Assembly (NCBI GenBank): GCA_024137785.1
Contig: JAHRHZ010000133.1
Location: 24,306,158-24,370,157 of the forward strand
Source of the DNA: Ginglymostoma cirratum
Lineage: Eukaryota
Reading direction: 5' to 3'
Length of the DNA stretch: 64,000 bases
Part shown: positions 60,833 through 64,000 of the stretch, in pieces
Numbering within the stretch: position 1 is the stretch's first letter
How the letters are laid out: each line of letters opens with the position of its first letter
Made by a program: the position numbers and the translations under genes
Notes under the pieces: generated by a model
Database searches by the model: none
Seen by the model: only the letters and a program-made list of their open reading frames with translations
What the model was told of the DNA's origin: nothing

Positions 60833-61689
60833 ACGCATTCGCAATTGGTAAAGCTCTCATTAACAGTTTACGAGAATAAATATGCCACCTCGTGAAGATA
60901 TCTCTTGAAGAAAGGAGATTAAAAGATGTGGGAAAATCACAGGGAAACTAGATTTAGAACAGACAATGGAACGAAGTTGTGAAGTAATAATTATAAAGTA
61001 ACTTCTGTCTTTGCTAGAATTTCTATGATTCTAAATTAGAGGCTCAAATATGGCTTCTGAAAAAGAACATGTTAGAACGAATTTAAGAGAAGCCCAAATG
61101 GGCTTCAATGCATATCGTCCAGCGTGACTAATCGGTCAAGTTTTCTCTGTGTTTGCTGGCATATAAGTTAATATTTAAAAAGCACAGGAAGGGGGACTTT
61201 CATTTTCCTTTCTGATAAAGGCAAAAAGATATTTCCCTCAGTTGTTGCCTTCAAATAGATTTGGCCGACTGCCATATCCTTCTGCTATCGCACAACAATG
61301 TTTTCCACTTTTAGAAACCAGGGCATTAATTAAACCATTTATGTTTATCTTAACAGCAATGAATAGAAATCCTAATTACTTTGAATGCATTTTGCCTGCA
61401 AGATTGAGTTAGCCTCGCCAGCAGAAAACTGAACCAATGAGTGCTTCTACAATGATACTCATTCTTCACCTCTCAAGTGGTTCAACAGTCACTTGACTAG
61501 CCAGTTAATTGTCAAGAATGTTAATTCGGATTGCTACTGTGGAAAAGAAAGAAATTAAGTAAACACTGAAGCTGCATGAATTAAAATTTGGGTTTTGAAA
61601 TGGGGAGCTCATTCTTGATGCTTTGTGATGACACAAAAGTGGGAAGGTTAGCAAACAGGCCTGTAGAAGATGTAAAAGACAGACCAGTG

Positions 61690-62290
61690 AGACAAAACAT
61701 AACCTGGAGAATAAGGAGGTATTGGAATTTGAGACAGTAAAATGAGGTACTATGACAATACACTTGATGGTTTGACACTGAAGATAGATGAACACAGCTA
61801 GGAAGTTTACATACATAATTTCCTGAAGCTATCAAAAGTTTATCAAACTGAGGGCTTCATAGATTATGGCATTAAATACAAAAGTAATGAAGTAATTACG
61901 TGCAATGCTGGCTAGGTCACGGTGCCACATACAAATATGTTCACCCCATTATGGAAAGCATATTAAAGGCATTAAGAACATTCAGTGTAAGATTAACTAG
62001 GGTAACGCCAGAGAAACTATGCTTACAGAGAAAGATGCAAGATATGGAGACTATCTCAACAGTAGTAGGCAAAGCCAAGAAGAGTTTTCTTTGAAATGAG
62101 ATTTTTTTTTTAAATTAAGAGTTTTGATTGAATGAATGGGGAAAGATTATTTCCTACAGTTGTAGATCAATGGTAAGGACAGTCAATTTAAAATGATCAC
62201 CCAAGCAATTATTGGGCATGGTATATTTCACCAGATGGAATGGTTGAGACAGAGGCCATTGTTTGCTGTTAAGAGAAAACATGAATACTG
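61690..62290 (+). mobile_element. Very old CR1 3' fragment
   Basis: Faint motifs W..EF....EVL, LARS..HTN, ERLFP and RGxQFK in colinear order. Confidence 0.5.
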
Positions 62291-62300
62291 ATTGAAAAGT

Positions 62301-62412
62301 GGGGTTCTTATGGTGCAATGGTAATGTCCCTATCTTTGGGCCTGGAATCTCAGGTTCAAGTCCCAGCTGCTCCAGTTCGGTGTCATAATGTGTCTGAGCA
62401 GGCTGATTATAA
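62301..62412 (+). mobile_element. Short tRNA-derived SINE
   Basis: A-box TGGTGCAATGG, B-box GGTTCAAGTCC, and tail TCTGAGCAGGCTGATTA. Confidence 0.72.
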
Positions 62413-62650
62413 TAGCTATAGGAAGAGTGAGCAGCATTTGACAGGACAAGTTACAGTAACTATGAGTTATCATGGGCATCATGAACAAAATTGCTTCTTT
62501 TTCTGCTGAAAATTGCAATGGTGCTAATTGCAATAAGTTTTCAGAATGTGGACCCTTAAATGGTAGTGATGTTAGCCATTTTGTGCATCAATTGTTTGTC
62601 AATTGTATAATATGGTCAAGAATCACTGGGTCGGGGTTGGGGCGGGGGGG

Positions 62651-62770
62651 GAGTCTGTGCTGTTGTGGTATAATGGTAGTGTCCCTATCCTGGACCAGGA
62701 GACCAGGATTCAAATCCCACCTGTTCCTGAGGTGTGTAATAAGATCTCTGAACAGGTTGATTAGTAAAAT
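62651..62770 (+). mobile_element. Short tRNA-derived SINE
   Basis: A-box TGGTATAATGG, B-box GGATTCAAATCC, and tail TCTGAACAGGTTGATTAG. Same family as 62301 and 48783. Confidence 0.72.
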
Positions 62771-63349
62771 GGGTTAAATAAAAGAAAATTAAAACTTAAG
62801 AACCTTTTGAGGGCTGGCAAGGCCCAATCCTTCCAAAATATCAAACAACACACTTGCCTTCACACTCCATTTTTCTGGAGTTCACCTACAATCAACCATA
62901 TTTATTGAACTCAATTCCAAAGTTGCCACACTGAGATTTGATAAAAGTCATGGCAATACACTATATCGGCTGAATTCAAATAAAAATATATATAAAAATA
63001 ATACCTTGATGGACTAACAATAGGTTAAGGTGTCAATAATTAATATCAATTCTGCAACAGTCATTTCAAAATAGTTTTGAACAAGCTACACCCCATGACT
63101 GTGCTTAATGTGGTTCATGTCTAAAATTGATCATCATTCGATAACATGGGTCATTTCATATATGCAACTTACACTCATTATTTACAGATCTTTCAACAAT
63201 CAATCAAGTCCTCAGGTATACTTCAAAACGGCATTATTTTTAATTGTAAAGGGATGTAAAAATACCAACACATGAATGTTAGAATATCAAAATTGTCCAC
63301 ATTGGTAACAAAAGCAAGAAGGCAAACAGATTGGGAAACGAGCCTCCAA

Positions 63350-64000
63350 TGTTCTTGTACACCAATCACTGAAAGCAAGTATGCTGGTACAGTGGGTAAT
63401 GAAGAAAACAGGTTGTATGTTGACCTTCATAGTGAGAGGATTTGAGTACAGTAATAGGGATATCTTGCTGCAATTGTACAGGACCATGGTGAGACCCCAC
63501 CTGGAGTATAGCGTGCAATTTTGATCTCCTTATCCTTGTTTCTTGATCTCCTTGTTTTGGCTGTTCAGGGAGTGCAACAGTGGTTTACCAGACTTATTCC
63601 TAGGACAGCAGGACCGACATACAAAGAGAAACTGGATTGGTTAAGACTATGTTCATTAGTGTTTAGGAGAATGAGGGGTGATTTCATAGAAATCCATAAA
63701 ATTCTAACAGTGTAAATATAGAAAGGATGTTCCTGAGGACCAGAACTAGTCCAGAAAAAAAGGGTCACAATCTACAAATATGGAGTAATCTATTTGGGAT
63801 TAAGGTGACCAAAAATTTCTTCACCCAGAGAGTGGTGAGACTGTGAAATTCTCTGGCACAGAAAGTAGTTGAGACCAAAATATCTCCAGAAGTTGTTCCA
63901 AGTTACGTATAGTTCTTAAAGCTAAAGTGATCAAAGGGGATGGGAAGAAACTGACAACAGGTAATGAATTGCATGATCATACGTGGTCATATTGAATGGC
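63350..64000 (+). mobile_element. CR1/HER1-type LINE 3' fragment, running off the window
   Basis: ILLQLYRTMVRPHLEYSVQF, VQQWFTRLIP..RRMRGDFIEIHKILT and FFTQRVVRL. Confidence 0.9.

Noticed and set aside
48783-62770. tRNA-like A/B-box sequences as tRNA genes
   Set aside because: No complete cloverleaf could be drawn, and they continue into shared SINE bodies and tails.
1-64000. Prokaryotic systems (CRISPR arrays, operons)
   Set aside because: The sequence is vertebrate repeat-rich DNA with no regularly spaced repeats or dense coding.

Overview
Repeat-rich, AT-rich eukaryotic DNA, almost certainly from a cartilaginous fish (shark/ray), based on an HE1-type V-SINE, many CR1/HER1-type LINE 3' ends sharing the HE1 tail, and Deu-domain SINEs. 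No host protein-coding gene could be recognised, so this looks like a large intron or gene desert. All recognisable ORFs are decayed transposon fragments: CR1, L2 and RTE LINEs, a Gypsy gag-protease relic, and a cluster of Harbinger elements (Myb/SANT-like accessory gene relics plus a degraded DDE transposase). The most interesting signal is a set of about 10 short insertions resembling Penelope-like-element pseudo-LTRs. Several are fold-back elements with 14-16 bp target-site duplications, and most carry an intact or decayed minimal type-I hammerhead ribozyme motif (CUGANGA-A-stem II-GAAAC-GUH) whose stems I and II covary between families. There are also an old ~230 bp local duplication, several hairpins, candidate conserved non-coding elements and two assembly gaps. 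Boundaries of old repeats are approximate (read by eye).
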